Shown here piece after piece: positions 27,716-38,323 of a stretch of 60,163 nt of DNA. How positions within the stretch are numbered: the first letter of the stretch is position 1; every line of letters begins with the position of its first letter. This DNA is from Pseudomonadota bacterium (GTDB lineage Bacteria > CALINM01), in the NCBI GenBank assembly GCA_026415985.1, contig JAOAGA010000001.1, positions 1-60,163 on the forward strand, in the 5' to 3' direction. Below the pieces are notes generated by a model, which was not told where the DNA came from, did no database searches, and worked only from the letters and a program-made list of their open reading frames with translations. The translations under genes were made by a program, and so were the position numbers.

Positions 27716-29796
27716 TAGAAATTACAAATAAAAACATAAAGTTATTTAAATTTGTCCTCATACTGATTTGTCTTGTCTATTCGCTGGTTATAAGGTTTGA
27801 CATAGCTACTGTTGGTGCCATAACAAAGTATCAGGTTTTTTTTATCTATCTTGCACTGCTCTTTATCCTGTTTTTTTTCGTGGGCGATCTCTATTATTTT
27901 ATTAAAAAAAGAGAGGCCATTCACCGGTCAGAAAAATCGTTTTTGATTGGTGGGTGGTTATTTTTAATAATATCTTTCTTTATAGCAGTTACAAATCTTA
28001 ATTTTTTGGAACCTCTATATTATCTATATCTTTCTCTTATTTTTGCCTTTCTAAATATTTACTGGGCTTTTTTTTATTATGCAAATCTCTTAATTTACCA
28101 GTATATTTCTCTTGTCTATGTTAATTGGGAGAGAAACTATACTCAGTTTCTTAGCTTTTTTATCCTGTCTGTCTTATTTTCATCTGTAGGGTATTTGTTA
28201 AGGAAAGAGAGAACAGAGAAAAGGGAATATAAAAATAAGCTCCTTGATATAAAAGAGGGTGCCAAAAGAGTTTTTGGAGAAGAAGAGGATACTATACTTG
28301 CCCTCAAGTCAGAAAAAAGGGAAGAAAGTTTACAACAGACATACAAACTTTTTGAAGAGAGGCTTTTAAACATCCTTGAGAGAGTTAAAGATTTTTTAGC
28401 CCCCTACACTGTATGTTTTGTTAAGATAAAGGAAGACGGAAAATATTACCGGGTTGTCGATGCAATATCAGATAACGATTATCTGAGGTATAATGAGGAT
28501 ATCAGCCTTGAAGAGGGTGTTATTGGCTGGATTGCCAAATATGGTAAAGATTTAAATCTGAAAGACTACAGGGGTAGTAAAACATCTCTTAATTATTATG
28601 ACAGGTATGTTCCTATAAAATCATTTTTAGGTATACCTGTTTTTTTAAATGAGAAGGTTTTTGGTGTGCTTTTCATAGATGCACTTGAAGGTGATATTTT
28701 TACGAAAGAAACAGAGAATATTCTCAGAATATCGGCCTCACAGATAGAAGACGCCCTTCAAAATACCAGATTGTTACAGCAGATAAATCAGCAATCAAAG
28801 GAGTTTAAAGCCCTCTACGATGCAAGTAAGAATATGTTAACCTTTGTAAAGTTAGAAGAGACCATCGGGGGCTTTTTAGAACTGCTAAGACCTTTTATTA
28901 AATATGATTATGCCATTATGACACTTAAAGATGAAGAGGGTGTGCAAAAGATTAAGGTTCAGAAAGGTTTAGATGACGGAATAATTGATAAGACAGTTTC
29001 TGATAATACCCTTGCCTGTTGGACAATTAAACATAAAACTATGCTTGATATAAAAGACTATGGTGAAAAAAAAAGGAAGGTTCCCTTGCTGTCCGATGAT
29101 ATTAAAATAAAGTATGTCAACAGACTGATAATAATGCCAATCATTATTGAGAACGAAGAGCAGGAAGGCACCTTAATTCTTTGTTTCAGAGAGGAAGGCC
29201 CTACGGAATACGAAAAAAATCTTTTAGAAATTCTTACCAACCAACTTACAATATCTATTGCTAAGGCACTTTATGTTGAAAAAATAAATATGATGGCAAC
29301 TACCGATGGTCTCACAGGTGTATATAACCACAGGCATTTTCAAGAAAGGTTCAGTGAGCTTTTAGAAAGAGGTAAAAGGTATGATGAGATTTTTTCTTTA
29401 ATCCTTCTTGATATTGATTTCTTTAAAAAAGTTAATGATACCTATGGTCATCCTGTTGGTGATCTCGTCCTTAAGAAGGTTTCACAAAAGATTAAGAGCT
29501 CAACAAGAAAGATTGATATAGTTGCCCGATATGGCGGTGAAGAGTTTGCTATAATACTGCCAAACAACAGTAAAGACAGTGCCTATAAGTTTGCCGAGAG
29601 GTTGAGAAAAGAGATTTCTGATATGACAGTGGTATTTGAATCTGGTAAACTTAATGTAACCGTTAGCATGGGTATAGCAGAGTTTCCGGTAGACGGTACG
29701 GAAAAAAAAGATCTTTTGGAAAAGGCAGATAAATGTCTCTATGAAGCAAAAAAACAGGGGAGAAACCGAGTAATAGTAACGGGAAGGGATATATGA
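27712..29796 (+). CDS. membrane-anchored GAF-GAF-GGDEF diguanylate cyclase
   Basis: About 5-6 N-terminal TM segments and GAF-like regions. C-terminal TDGLTGVYNHRHF...RKIDIVARYGGEEFAI has an intact GGEEF active site and an RxxD I-site. Confidence 0.9.
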   Translation: MIEITNKNIKLFKFVLILICLVYSLVIRFDIATVGAITKYQVFFIYLALLFILFFFVGDLYYFIKKREAIHRSEKSFLIGGWLFLIISFFIAVTNLNFLEPLYYLYLSLIFAFLNIYWAFFYYANLLIYQYISLVYVNWERNYTQFLSFFILSVLFSSVGYLLRKERTEKREYKNKLLDIKEGAKRVFGEEEDTILALKSEKREESLQQTYKLFEERLLNILERVKDFLAPYTVCFVKIKEDGKYYRVVDAISDNDYLRYNEDISLEEGVIGWIAKYGKDLNLKDYRGSKTSLNYYDRYVPIKSFLGIPVFLNEKVFGVLFIDALEGDIFTKETENILRISASQIEDALQNTRLLQQINQQSKEFKALYDASKNMLTFVKLEETIGGFLELLRPFIKYDYAIMTLKDEEGVQKIKVQKGLDDGIIDKTVSDNTLACWTIKHKTMLDIKDYGEKKRKVPLLSDDIKIKYVNRLIIMPIIIENEEQEGTLILCFREEGPTEYEKNLLEILTNQLTISIAKALYVEKINMMATTDGLTGVYNHRHFQERFSELLERGKRYDEIFSLILLDIDFFKKVNDTYGHPVGDLVLKKVSQKIKSSTRKIDIVARYGGEEFAIILPNNSKDSAYKFAERLRKEISDMTVVFESGKLNVTVSMGIAEFPVDGTEKKDLLEKADKCLYEAKKQGRNRVIVTGRDI

Positions 29797-30611
29797 TTAA
29801 AATTGCGGGTATTCAGTTCCACTCTAAAAAAGATGTTGGTGAAAATTTGTCAAAATCAAAATCTTTCATGGACATCGCAGTTGATGAAGGTGCCAAGATT
29901 ATTGCGTTTCCTGAACTTTTTCTTACAGAGTGGTTTCCTGCTGAGATGAGGGAAGAATATTTCAAGCTTGCTGAAAGTTATAAAGGCGAGTCTGTTAAAT
30001 TTTACAGGGATTATTCGAAGAAAAATAAGGTTATATTAATAGTTCCTTTCTTTGAAAAATACGGAAGATCTTTTTATAACTCTACCGCGGTTATAGAAAA
30101 GGGGAGGATAATTGGAATTTACAGAAAGGTACATATCCCTCAGATTCCGTTGTGGGAGGAAAAGTATTATTTCAGAAGCGGTGATAGTCTTCCTGTTTTT
30201 AATACATCAATTTGTAAGATCGGTATCCAGATCTGTTGGGACAACTTTTTTTTTGAAGGCTATAGGTGTCTTGCTTTAAATGGTGCTGAACTTGTGGTAA
30301 CGCCTACTGCTTCTGCCATGAATACCCAGAATCGATGGAGAATAGTAATATCGACTCAGGCTTTATTAAATAATATATTTATTTTCAGGGTCAACAGGGT
30401 AGGTAAGGAAAGGTATCAGGAGTTTTATGGTAACAGCTTTCTTGCCGGTCCCGATGGCCTTATTGTTGGGAAACCAGCGGGAGAGTTAGAAGGGGTTTAC
30501 ATCACCGAATTAAATTTAAATATAATAAAAAGGGCGAAAAAATATTTCCCCTTTCTTAAAGACAGAAAACCAAAACTATATTCCAGGATTACAGAGGACT
30601 TAAATGAGTAA
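29793..30611 (+). CDS. carbon-nitrogen hydrolase (nitrilase superfamily) protein
   Basis: Glu-Lys-Cys triad contexts FPELF, YRKVHIP and QICWDNFF. Confidence 0.85.
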   Translation: MIKIAGIQFHSKKDVGENLSKSKSFMDIAVDEGAKIIAFPELFLTEWFPAEMREEYFKLAESYKGESVKFYRDYSKKNKVILIVPFFEKYGRSFYNSTAVIEKGRIIGIYRKVHIPQIPLWEEKYYFRSGDSLPVFNTSICKIGIQICWDNFFFEGYRCLALNGAELVVTPTASAMNTQNRWRIVISTQALLNNIFIFRVNRVGKERYQEFYGNSFLAGPDGLIVGKPAGELEGVYITELNLNIIKRAKKYFPFLKDRKPKLYSRITEDLNE

Positions 30612-31608
30612 ACTCAGTGATTATCTGAAAGGTTTAAAAAAGGCAAAGGTTCTTGTTATAGGTGATATTATACTTGATCATTATATCTGGGGTAAGGTGA
30701 ACAGAATTTCACCGGAAGCGCCTGTTCCCGTTGTCTTTGTCACAAAGGAAAGTACTGTACCCGGTGGGTCTGCAAATGTTGCCCTTAATATAAGTTCAAT
30801 AAATGGTGGAGTAACTCTCTGTGGTGTCATAGGAAAGGATTTGTATGGTGAAAATCTTTTGAAACTACTCAATGAAAAGAAAGTTGATACATCGGGAGTT
30901 TTAACTGATAACAGCAGACATACTACTGTTAAGACAAGAGTTATAGCTCAGCATCAGCACATTGTCAGGATAGATAAGGAAGAAGTCTTAGAAGTTAGCG
31001 ATGAGATAATAGAAAAGATGAAAAAATTCCTGAAATCTAATTGTCATAAATTCAATGTAATCGTAATATCGGACTATGCAAAGGGCTTGATAACAAAAAA
31101 ACTGGTAGAAATAATTAAAGAAAGCTTCAATGAGGTTTTTCTCATAGCGGATCCCAAGGTTAAAAACGAAAGTCTTTACACCGGATTTGATCTCATAACC
31201 CCAAACAGAAAGGAGGCCTTTGAGATTGCAAAGATAATCGATGACGGAACCGAGGAAACATTAATTAAAGCGGGAAAAAAGATTATGTCAGAGCTTAAAT
31301 TAGCTAATCTCCTGATAACAAGAGGTGAAGAAGGGATGAGTCTTTTTACCGGTAAGAAACATATAAGAATACCAACCTTTGCCCAGGAGGTATTTGATGT
31401 AAGTGGGGCGGGTGATACGGTTATTGCATTGCTATCTGCCGGGGTAAGCTCTGGCCTGAATCTGATAAAAAGTTGTATAATTGCTAATATCGGTGCTTCT
31501 GTAGTGGTGGGAAAGATGGGAACTGCGACTACTACCGTTGAAGAAATAGAAAGAAGATGGTCTTTAATGGATAAATCGATTAGAAAGGAGTTAGAATCTT
31601 ATCTTTAG
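30604..31608 (+). CDS. hldA: D-glycero-beta-D-manno-heptose-7-phosphate kinase (RfaE domain I only, PfkB family)
   Basis: VLVIGDIILDHYIWGKVNRISPEAPVPVV is the RfaE-I hallmark, with PfkB motif DVSGAGDTV. No adenylyltransferase domain is attached. Confidence 0.85.
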   Translation: MSKLSDYLKGLKKAKVLVIGDIILDHYIWGKVNRISPEAPVPVVFVTKESTVPGGSANVALNISSINGGVTLCGVIGKDLYGENLLKLLNEKKVDTSGVLTDNSRHTTVKTRVIAQHQHIVRIDKEEVLEVSDEIIEKMKKFLKSNCHKFNVIVISDYAKGLITKKLVEIIKESFNEVFLIADPKVKNESLYTGFDLITPNRKEAFEIAKIIDDGTEETLIKAGKKIMSELKLANLLITRGEEGMSLFTGKKHIRIPTFAQEVFDVSGAGDTVIALLSAGVSSGLNLIKSCIIANIGASVVVGKMGTATTTVEEIERRWSLMDKSIRKELESYL

Positions 31609-31614
31609 ATAATT

Positions 31615-32145
31615 ATGAATGACCATAGCAAAACCGCCAAACCTTTTTTTAGTGTTTTTTCTGCCGACAGAGAATTAATTTATGAGACGATGATCAATCT
31701 GTCTGATATTTATGGCGAGATAGATTCAGAGACCGATTTTTTGAGTTTTAATCAGACAAGCTACTACGAGAAAGAGTTCGGCAAAAACTTAGAGAGAAAA
31801 ATATTTTCCATAAAGGGGCTGATAAATCCGCTGTATGCCATAGATATAAAATTAATGGCCATGGAGATGGAAGAATCTCTCTCGAGAGATGAGAAAAGAA
31901 CGGTAAATATAGACCCCGGTTATGTGGAGTTATCTCATATAATATTAACAACAAGGAAGCCCTATAGCCATAGAATTTATATCGGAAAGGGTGTATATGC
32001 TGACTTGACATTAATATTCAAGAAGGGGTTAGGCTATGTTCCACTTGAGTGGACATACCCGGATTATGCATCAGCTGAATATAGAAATTATTTCAATAAA
32101 GTCAGAGATTTATTGAAGATTAATCTGAAAGGAGAGTCAAATTGA
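31615..32145 (+). CDS. DUF4416-like protein of unknown function
   Basis: The size (176 aa) and the NIDPGY...LTTRK segment resemble DUF4416 as I remember it. Not verified. Confidence 0.45.
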   Translation: MNDHSKTAKPFFSVFSADRELIYETMINLSDIYGEIDSETDFLSFNQTSYYEKEFGKNLERKIFSIKGLINPLYAIDIKLMAMEMEESLSRDEKRTVNIDPGYVELSHIILTTRKPYSHRIYIGKGVYADLTLIFKKGLGYVPLEWTYPDYASAEYRNYFNKVRDLLKINLKGESN

Positions 32146-33011
32146 TAATTAGTATGACAGGTTATGCCTGCAACGGCTTTGAGCTGGCAGGGCAAAGGTT
32201 CAGCTTAGAGATTAAGTCCTATAATCATAAATATCTTGATATAATAGTTAAGACGCCAAAGGCCTATAACTACCTTGAGAATCAGTTGAGAAAGGCAATC
32301 GGTGATTATGTGAACAGAGGTAGGATAGAGTTTTCTCTTAATGTGGAAGAGATAAATCTTGAGAGATATATTAATAAAGACAAGGCAAAAAATGTTTATA
32401 ACTTAATGAATGAGATTATAAGAGAGCTTGATATTAAAGAAAGTATCAGTCTTTCTCATATACTTAATTATAAAGAGTTATTGTTTTCTAACGGCGAAAA
32501 AACCCGCATAGCGAAAGAAGGAGACCCTATCTTTTGGAAAGAGTTCTCTAAGTTGATGAAAGACTTTACCAAATCAAGGGTTAAGGAAGGGAAAGAGTTG
32601 GAAAAAGATATAAAAAAAAGGCTTTACCTTTTGGAAAAAAATATAGTGAAGATAGAAAAAATATTACCAAAGATCAAGAATAACAGCATTTTAAAGATAA
32701 AAAAGAAGATTTCCGAGATTTTTGACAGGGAAAACATCAGTGACAGGTTCGAACAGGAGATTGTCTATATGACTGAGAAACTTGATGTTTCTGAAGAAAT
32801 AACAAGATTCAAGGCTCATGTGAAAAATATCATTGATATAACCAAAAGTAACAGTCAGGTAGGAAAAAAGCTCGATTTTTACACTCAGGAGCTACTTAGA
32901 GAGATAAATACTCTTACTGTTAAGGCTCAGGATGCAGGTGTATCTAAAATTGCCGTAGATATTAAATCAGAGATAGAAAAAATAAGGGAACAGGTTCAAA
33001 ATGTCGAATGA
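32142..33011 (+). CDS. yicC: YicC-family stress-induced protein (TIGR00255, YicC-like endoribonuclease family)
   Basis: SMTGYA N-terminus and EEITRFKAHV in the C-terminal DUF1732 part. TTG 32142 follows GGAGAG; ATG 32154 is an alternative start. Confidence 0.85.
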   Translation: MIISMTGYACNGFELAGQRFSLEIKSYNHKYLDIIVKTPKAYNYLENQLRKAIGDYVNRGRIEFSLNVEEINLERYINKDKAKNVYNLMNEIIRELDIKESISLSHILNYKELLFSNGEKTRIAKEGDPIFWKEFSKLMKDFTKSRVKEGKELEKDIKKRLYLLEKNIVKIEKILPKIKNNSILKIKKKISEIFDRENISDRFEQEIVYMTEKLDVSEEITRFKAHVKNIIDITKSNSQVGKKLDFYTQELLREINTLTVKAQDAGVSKIAVDIKSEIEKIREQVQNVE

Positions 33012-33627
33012 TTATAGTAAGTTTGTCCTGGTAGTGTCTGGACCATCGGGTTCAGGTAAAACCTCGATTATAAAGAATTTTCTTAAAGAAAATAACGATT
33101 TTGAACTCAGTATCTCCCATACAACCAGACATAAAAGGGAAGGGGAGATAGAGGGTGTTAACTATTATTATATTTCGAAAGATGAGTTTGAAAACAAGAT
33201 TAAAAACGGTGATTTTATTGAGTGGGCTAAAATATATGACAATTATTACGGAACTTCAAAAAAAGAGATTGACAGAATACTAAAAACAGAAAAAAATGTT
33301 TTATTGGAGATTAATATTGACGGCTTGTTAAACGCCAAAAATGTTTTTAAAGAAGAAATAGTATCTGTCTTCATAATAACTGAAAATATAGATGAGTTGG
33401 TAAAAAGGCTCAGGGAAAGAAACTCTGAAAGCGAAGAAGATTTTTTAAAAAGAATAAAAGAGGTTGAGAGAGAGATTTCTTACATTAATTTTTATGACTA
33501 TGTTATATTAAATAAGAAAGGAAAGATTGAAGAGTCCGTAAAAGCACTTAGAAATATAGCAGAAGCTGAAAAGATAAGAACGAAAAGATTAAAAAATATA
33601 AAAGATAGATTTTTTGGAGGTAGATAA
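33001..33627 (+). CDS. gmk: guanylate kinase
   Basis: P-loop [10 protein letters not shown], then [21 protein letters not shown]. Confidence 0.95.
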   Translation: MSNDYSKFVLVVSGPSGSGKTSIIKNFLKENNDFELSISHTTRHKREGEIEGVNYYYISKDEFENKIKNGDFIEWAKIYDNYYGTSKKEIDRILKTEKNVLLEINIDGLLNAKNVFKEEIVSVFIITENIDELVKRLRERNSESEEDFLKRIKEVEREISYINFYDYVILNKKGKIEESVKALRNIAEAEKIRTKRLKNIKDRFFGGR

Positions 33628-33812
33628 TGGCAAGAATAACTGTTGAAGATTGTCTGGAAAAGATACCAAACCGTTTCTCACTATGTATTGCAGCAGCAAA
33701 AAGGGCTAAAGATCTGAAAAAAGGAGCCTCTCCGTTAGTAGATTCCAAAAATAAAGAGATTGTTACTGCCTTAAGAGAGATCGCCGCAGGAAAAATAGGG
33801 ATAAAAAATTAA
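33627..33812 (+). CDS. rpoZ: DNA-directed RNA polymerase subunit omega
   Basis: [30 protein letters not shown] is the canonical RpoZ N-terminus. Confidence 0.95.
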   Translation: MARITVEDCLEKIPNRFSLCIAAAKRAKDLKKGASPLVDSKNKEIVTALREIAAGKIGIKN

Positions 33813-33884
33813 TTTTTTTATATTTAAGAAACCTATTACAATAGCCCGTTGCCTGACAGCTATTCTTTATAAAAACGTTTTTTG

Positions 33885-36002
33885 ATGAAAACCTTAGATG
33901 ATATTATAGAAAAGGCAAAATCATACCTTCCTACCCAGAGCCTTGAACTGATAAAAAAGGCCTATAACTATTCTGCCAAACTACACAAGGATCAGGTTAG
34001 ACTTTCCGGAGAACCTTATATTAATCATCCTGTAGAAACTGCCTATATCCTTGCTGAGCTTAAGATGGATGAATACTGTATCTCAGCGGGGCTTCTTCAC
34101 GATGTTTTGGAAGATACTCTCGCCAGCCATGAAGAGCTGGCAAAAGAGTTTGGCGATGAGATAGCTCAGCTGGTTGATGGTGTAACAAAGATAGGAAAGA
34201 TTCAGTTTAGCAGTAAGGCAGACAGAAAGGCTGAAAATTACAGAAAAATGCTTATGGCCATGGCTAAAGATATAAGGGTTATAATAATTAAGTTGGCTGA
34301 CAGATTGCATAATATTAAAACTCTTGATTTTCAACCACCCGATAAAAGAGAGGCAATAGCAAGAGAGACCCTTGAGATTTATACCCCCATAGCCAACAGG
34401 CTTGGTATGGCAAAGATTAAATCTGAGCTGGAAGATTTATCTTTCAGATATATTAAGCCTGAGGTATATGAGTATCTCAAAAATGAGGTAGATAAAAGAA
34501 TCGCCCAGAGGGGTGATTATGTAGAGAGGGTAAAAGAGGTTATTAAAAAACTCCTTGCAGACCATAATATTCATTGTGAGGTTAGCGGAAGGCCCAAGCA
34601 TCTTTACAGCATTAATCAGAAGATGGAGAAACAGAAGGTCAGTTTAGACCAGATTTATGATCTTATTGCCTTTAGAATAATTGTAAAATCTATTAAAGAA
34701 TGTTATGAGGTCTTGGGAATAATTCATTCTCAGTGGAAACCGGTTCCCGGCAGGTTTAAAGATTATATTGCTGTTCCAAAGCCTAATATGTACCAGTCTT
34801 TGCATACAACTGTTATCGGACCGGAGGGAGAAAGAATTGAGATTCAGATAAGAACAGAAGAGATGCACAGAATTGCTGAGTTTGGTATTGCAGCACATTG
34901 GAAATATAAAGAGGGCAGGGTAAGAGCTTTAAAAGAAGAAGAGAGATTCGCCTGGTTAAGACAGATACTGGAGTATCAGAAAGAATCTAAAGATGCAAAG
35001 GACTTTATAGAGTCAATTAAAACAGATATATTTTCAGACGAGGTTTATGTCTTCACCCCGAAGGGGGATGTTTTGGTTTTGCCAAGGGGCTCTACAGTAG
35101 TTGATTTTGCCTATGCCATTCATTCAGAAGTTGGTAATAGATGCATAGGTGCTAAGGTAAACGGAAAGATAGTGACATTAAAATATGAGCTTCAGACGGG
35201 AGATATAGCTGAAATAATAACCTCAACCCAGCAGAAGCCATCGGCAGACTGGCTCAAATTTGTCAAAACATCAAAGGCAAAATCAAAAATAAAACAGTTT
35301 ATAAAGCAAACTCAGTTACAAAAAAGTATTGAGATTGGCAAAGAACTTTTAGATAAGGCTTTAAAGAAACATGACTTGTCATTTAACAAACTCACTAAAC
35401 AGGATATAAATAAAATACTTAAAATTTTTAATATTAAAGAAGAAGAGGAGCTATACTCGCAAATTGGTTTTGGAAAACTTTCTGCCTATCATGTAGTCAA
35501 TGAGTTAATTCCGGAAGAAAAAAGAAAAGAGATAAAGACGGTGGAAGCACCGGAAGAGTCTCCCAAAGAAGGTATTGTTATTAAGGAATTAGATGGCGTT
35601 TTGATAAAATTCGCCAAATGTTGTAACCCCCTTCCCGGTGATCCAATAGTAGGATTTATTTCAAGAGGTAAAGGTATTACAATTCATAATCCCGATTGTC
35701 CAAACATTATTAATGCGGAACCCTACAGGATTATTCAGGCATCATGGGATCCCGCGAAAAAGATATTGAGACCAATAAAGATAAGAGTAGAATGTGTTGA
35801 TGAGCCCGGATTGCTGACAAATATATCTTCTTCTATCTCAAAGGAAAACGTAAATATCTCAGAGGCAAAAATATCAACTCTTCCTGAAAAAACAGCGGTT
35901 TGTGATTTTAAAATACTTGTCAGCGATGTGAATATGCTTAATAAGGTAATGCGTTCTGTCGAAAAGGTTAAGGGTGTCTATTCTGTTCAGAGAGTAAAAT
36001 AA
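33885..36002 (+). CDS. rel: bifunctional (p)ppGpp synthetase/hydrolase (RelA/SpoT homologue)
   Basis: HD hydrolase motif HDVLEDT, synthetase YQSLHTTV...EIQIRT, and TGS and ACT regions. ATG 33885 used; TTG 33882 is one codon upstream. Confidence 0.95.
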   Translation: MKTLDDIIEKAKSYLPTQSLELIKKAYNYSAKLHKDQVRLSGEPYINHPVETAYILAELKMDEYCISAGLLHDVLEDTLASHEELAKEFGDEIAQLVDGVTKIGKIQFSSKADRKAENYRKMLMAMAKDIRVIIIKLADRLHNIKTLDFQPPDKREAIARETLEIYTPIANRLGMAKIKSELEDLSFRYIKPEVYEYLKNEVDKRIAQRGDYVERVKEVIKKLLADHNIHCEVSGRPKHLYSINQKMEKQKVSLDQIYDLIAFRIIVKSIKECYEVLGIIHSQWKPVPGRFKDYIAVPKPNMYQSLHTTVIGPEGERIEIQIRTEEMHRIAEFGIAAHWKYKEGRVRALKEEERFAWLRQILEYQKESKDAKDFIESIKTDIFSDEVYVFTPKGDVLVLPRGSTVVDFAYAIHSEVGNRCIGAKVNGKIVTLKYELQTGDIAEIITSTQQKPSADWLKFVKTSKAKSKIKQFIKQTQLQKSIEIGKELLDKALKKHDLSFNKLTKQDINKILKIFNIKEEEELYSQIGFGKLSAYHVVNELIPEEKRKEIKTVEAPEESPKEGIVIKELDGVLIKFAKCCNPLPGDPIVGFISRGKGITIHNPDCPNIINAEPYRIIQASWDPAKKILRPIKIRVECVDEPGLLTNISSSISKENVNISEAKISTLPEKTAVCDFKILVSDVNMLNKVMRSVEKVKGVYSVQRVK

Positions 36003-36014
36003 ATGATATATATA

Positions 36015-36091
36015 TGGCGGAGCCGACGAGACTCGAACTCGCGGCCTCCTGCGTGACAGGCAGGCGTTCTAACCGACTGAACTACGGCTCC
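36015..36091 (-). tRNA. tRNA-Asp (GTC anticodon), genomically encoded CCA
   Basis: The reverse complement folds by eye as GGAGCCG TA GTTC AGTCGGTTA GAAC G CCTGC CTGTCAC GCAGG AGGCC GCGAG TTCGAGT CTCGT CGGCTCC G CCA, which is 77 nt. Confidence 0.9.
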
Positions 36092-36188
36092 GCTGTGGAT
36101 TAAATATTAAAGCATATTTGCCCCTACCTTTGCAAGAAAAAAATCAAAGATACTTTCGGTTTGTTTGATTTTCATTAGGATAACCGTT

Positions 36189-36237
36189 AATAAAATTTTT
36201 TTATTGAAAATAAAATTTTTTTATGAATAATAAAATT
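36189..36237. repeat. three phased AT-rich direct repeats (AATAAAATTTTTTTAT x2 plus a partial copy), period 20 bp
   Basis: Exact 16-mers at 36189-36204 and 36209-36224; AATAAAATT again at 36229-36237. They lie between tRNA-Asp and sucC. Confidence 0.8.
36204..36231 (+). promoter_or_regulatory. candidate sucCD promoter
   Basis: TTGAAA (36204-36209), a 16-nt spacer, then AATAAT (36226-36231). GGGAGGG lies 5 nt before ATG 36268. AT-rich context. Confidence 0.3.
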
Positions 36238-36267
36238 AGGCTTTTTAAATGACTGTTGGGAGGGTTT

Positions 36268-37428
36268 ATGAATATTCACGAGTATCAAGCTAAGGCCATT
36301 CTTAAAAAATATGGAGTTACAGTTCCGGAGGGATACTTGGCCGAGAGTTCTGAAGAGGCCTTTGAAGGGGCTAAAAAGATTAACTCTGATATTTTTGTTG
36401 TTAAAGCACAGGTCCACGCAGGCGGAAGGGGAAAGGCGGGTGGTATAAAGGTTTGCAAAACTCCTGAAGAGGTTAGAGAAGTTTCTAAAAATATGTTGGG
36501 GATGAAGCTTGTTACTCATCAGACAGGTCCGGAAGGAAAGATAGTAAATAAGGTATATGTAGAGGCAGGGTGTAATATCGAAAAGGAGTTATATTTAGGT
36601 ATTGTAGTTGACAGAAGTATTAGCAGGGTTACCCTGATGGCATCTACTGAAGGTGGAATGGAGATTGAAGAGGTTGCGGAAAAAAGCCCTGAAAAGATTT
36701 TAAAGGAATCAGTTGATCCGCTTACCGGAATTATGCCCTATCAGGCGAGAAAGATAGCCTATGGTCTTGGTCTGAAAGATAAAACCGCTCAATCTATGAC
36801 AAAATTTATTTTAGCGTTGGAAAAATGTTTTGAGGACTGTGATTGTTCTCTGGCAGAGATTAATCCACTGGTAGTTACGAAAGAAGGAGATGTTTTAGCC
36901 CTTGACTGTAAGATGAACTTTGATGACAACGCACTGTTTAGACATAAAGATATAGAAGCCTTAAGAGACTTTTCTGAAGAGGATATAAGAGAGGTTGAAG
37001 CAAGTAAATATGATCTTTCCTACATTGGTCTTACAGGTAATATAGGTTGCATGGTTAATGGTGCAGGTCTTGCCATGGCAACTATGGATATTATTAAGCT
37101 TCACGGCGGAGAGCCTGCAAATTTTCTCGATGTAGGAGGTGGAGCCTCTACGGAAAAGGTAACAGAGGCTTTTAAACTGATACTTTCTGATAAAAATGTT
37201 AAAGCGGTACTCGTAAATATCTTTGGCGGAATTATGAAATGTGATGTAATCGCTCAAGGCATCATAGAGGCTGCCAAGGCGGTATCAATTAAAGTTCCTG
37301 TGGTCGTCAGGCTTGAAGGGACTAATGTGGAGCTTGGGAAGAAGATGCTTAAAGAGTCAGGACTGGATCTGATATCGGCAACTGATATGACTGACGCAGC
37401 TATAAAAGTTGTTTCAGCGGTTAAATAG
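36268..37428 (+). CDS. sucC: succinate--CoA ligase (ADP-forming) beta subunit
   Basis: [33 protein letters not shown], and [11 protein letters not shown]. Confidence 0.95.
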   Translation: MNIHEYQAKAILKKYGVTVPEGYLAESSEEAFEGAKKINSDIFVVKAQVHAGGRGKAGGIKVCKTPEEVREVSKNMLGMKLVTHQTGPEGKIVNKVYVEAGCNIEKELYLGIVVDRSISRVTLMASTEGGMEIEEVAEKSPEKILKESVDPLTGIMPYQARKIAYGLGLKDKTAQSMTKFILALEKCFEDCDCSLAEINPLVVTKEGDVLALDCKMNFDDNALFRHKDIEALRDFSEEDIREVEASKYDLSYIGLTGNIGCMVNGAGLAMATMDIIKLHGGEPANFLDVGGGASTEKVTEAFKLILSDKNVKAVLVNIFGGIMKCDVIAQGIIEAAKAVSIKVPVVVRLEGTNVELGKKMLKESGLDLISATDMTDAAIKVVSAVK

Positions 37429-37439
37429 GAGGGAATACT

Positions 37440-38315
37440 ATGGCTATACTCATAAATAAAGATACTAAATTAATTACTCAGGGAATTACGGGAAGTGCAG
37501 GATTATTTCATTCCATAGGATGTAGAGATTATGGGACAAAGGTAGTTGGCGGTGTTACTCCCGGTAAAGGCGGAACCGTAGTGGAAGGGTTCCCCGTTTT
37601 TGATACAGTCTATCAGGCAAAAAGAGAGACTGGTGCAAATGCATCGATGATATTTGTTCCTGCACCGTTTGCAGGGGATGCCATACTTGAGGCTATTGAT
37701 GCAGGAATTGAGATAATTGTGTGTATTACTGAAGGAATACCTGTAATGGATATGATTAAGGTTAAAAGAGCATTGCAGGATAGCAAAAGCAGACTTATAG
37801 GTCCTAACTGTCCGGGTATTATTACCCCCGGTGAGTGCAAGATTGGTATAATGCCTGGTTATATTCATAAAAAAGGAAGTGTAGGGCTTGTTTCAAGATC
37901 CGGAACCCTTACCTACGAAGCGGTCTATCAGTTAACTCAATTAGGAATTGGTCAGTCCACCTGTGTTGGCATTGGCGGAGACCCTATTAACGGGACTAAT
38001 TTTATTGATTGTATTAAGCTATTTAATGAAGATCCCGAGACTTCCGCTATAATTATGATTGGTGAGATCGGTGGAACCGCAGAAGAAGATGCAGCAAGAT
38101 ATATAAAGGAGAATGTAAAAAAACCAGTCGTTGGATATATAGCAGGTATTACTGCTCCAAAGGGGAAGAGAATGGGGCATGCAGGAGCAATAATAAGTGG
38201 TGGTAAAGGAACAGCAGGAGAAAAAATTTCAGCAATGGAATCGGCGGGAATTGTAGTTTCAAAAAGCCCCGCTGAGATAGGCATAACTTTAAAGAGAGTC
38301 TTAGAGGGTAAATAA
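37440..38315 (+). CDS. sucD: succinate--CoA ligase alpha subunit
   Basis: [17 protein letters not shown], and phosphohistidine loop MGHAGAII. Confidence 0.95.
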   Translation: MAILINKDTKLITQGITGSAGLFHSIGCRDYGTKVVGGVTPGKGGTVVEGFPVFDTVYQAKRETGANASMIFVPAPFAGDAILEAIDAGIEIIVCITEGIPVMDMIKVKRALQDSKSRLIGPNCPGIITPGECKIGIMPGYIHKKGSVGLVSRSGTLTYEAVYQLTQLGIGQSTCVGIGGDPINGTNFIDCIKLFNEDPETSAIIMIGEIGGTAEEDAARYIKENVKKPVVGYIAGITAPKGKRMGHAGAIISGGKGTAGEKISAMESAGIVVSKSPAEIGITLKRVLEGK

Positions 38316-38323
38316 ATAATGGT

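Noticed and set aside
29066-29074. A9 homopolymer inside the GGDEF gene (also T9 at 19012-19020 in mnmG) as slippage or phase-variation sites.
   Set aside because: Such runs simply encode Lys-rich stretches in an AT-rich genome. The reading frames are intact and there is no evidence of variation from a single sequence.
36003-36267. tRNA-Asp as a possible integration hotspot or island boundary.
   Set aside because: There is no integrase, no duplicated tRNA 3' segment and no compositional break. The flanking genes (rel/spoT, sucCD) are core.
36187-36519. 110-aa minus-strand ORF spanning the tRNA-sucC spacer.
   Set aside because: It overlaps the sucC start and its SD on the opposite strand, and the Phe/Asn/Lys-rich composition is what translating AT-rich and antisense sequence produces. 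No homology was recognised.
37503-38284. Three long antisense ORFs (121, 75 and 110 aa) inside sucD.
   Set aside because: sucD is unambiguous. Relatively GC-rich, Gly/Ala-rich genes commonly leave open antisense frames. The translations are Pro/Ile/Ser-rich nonsense.
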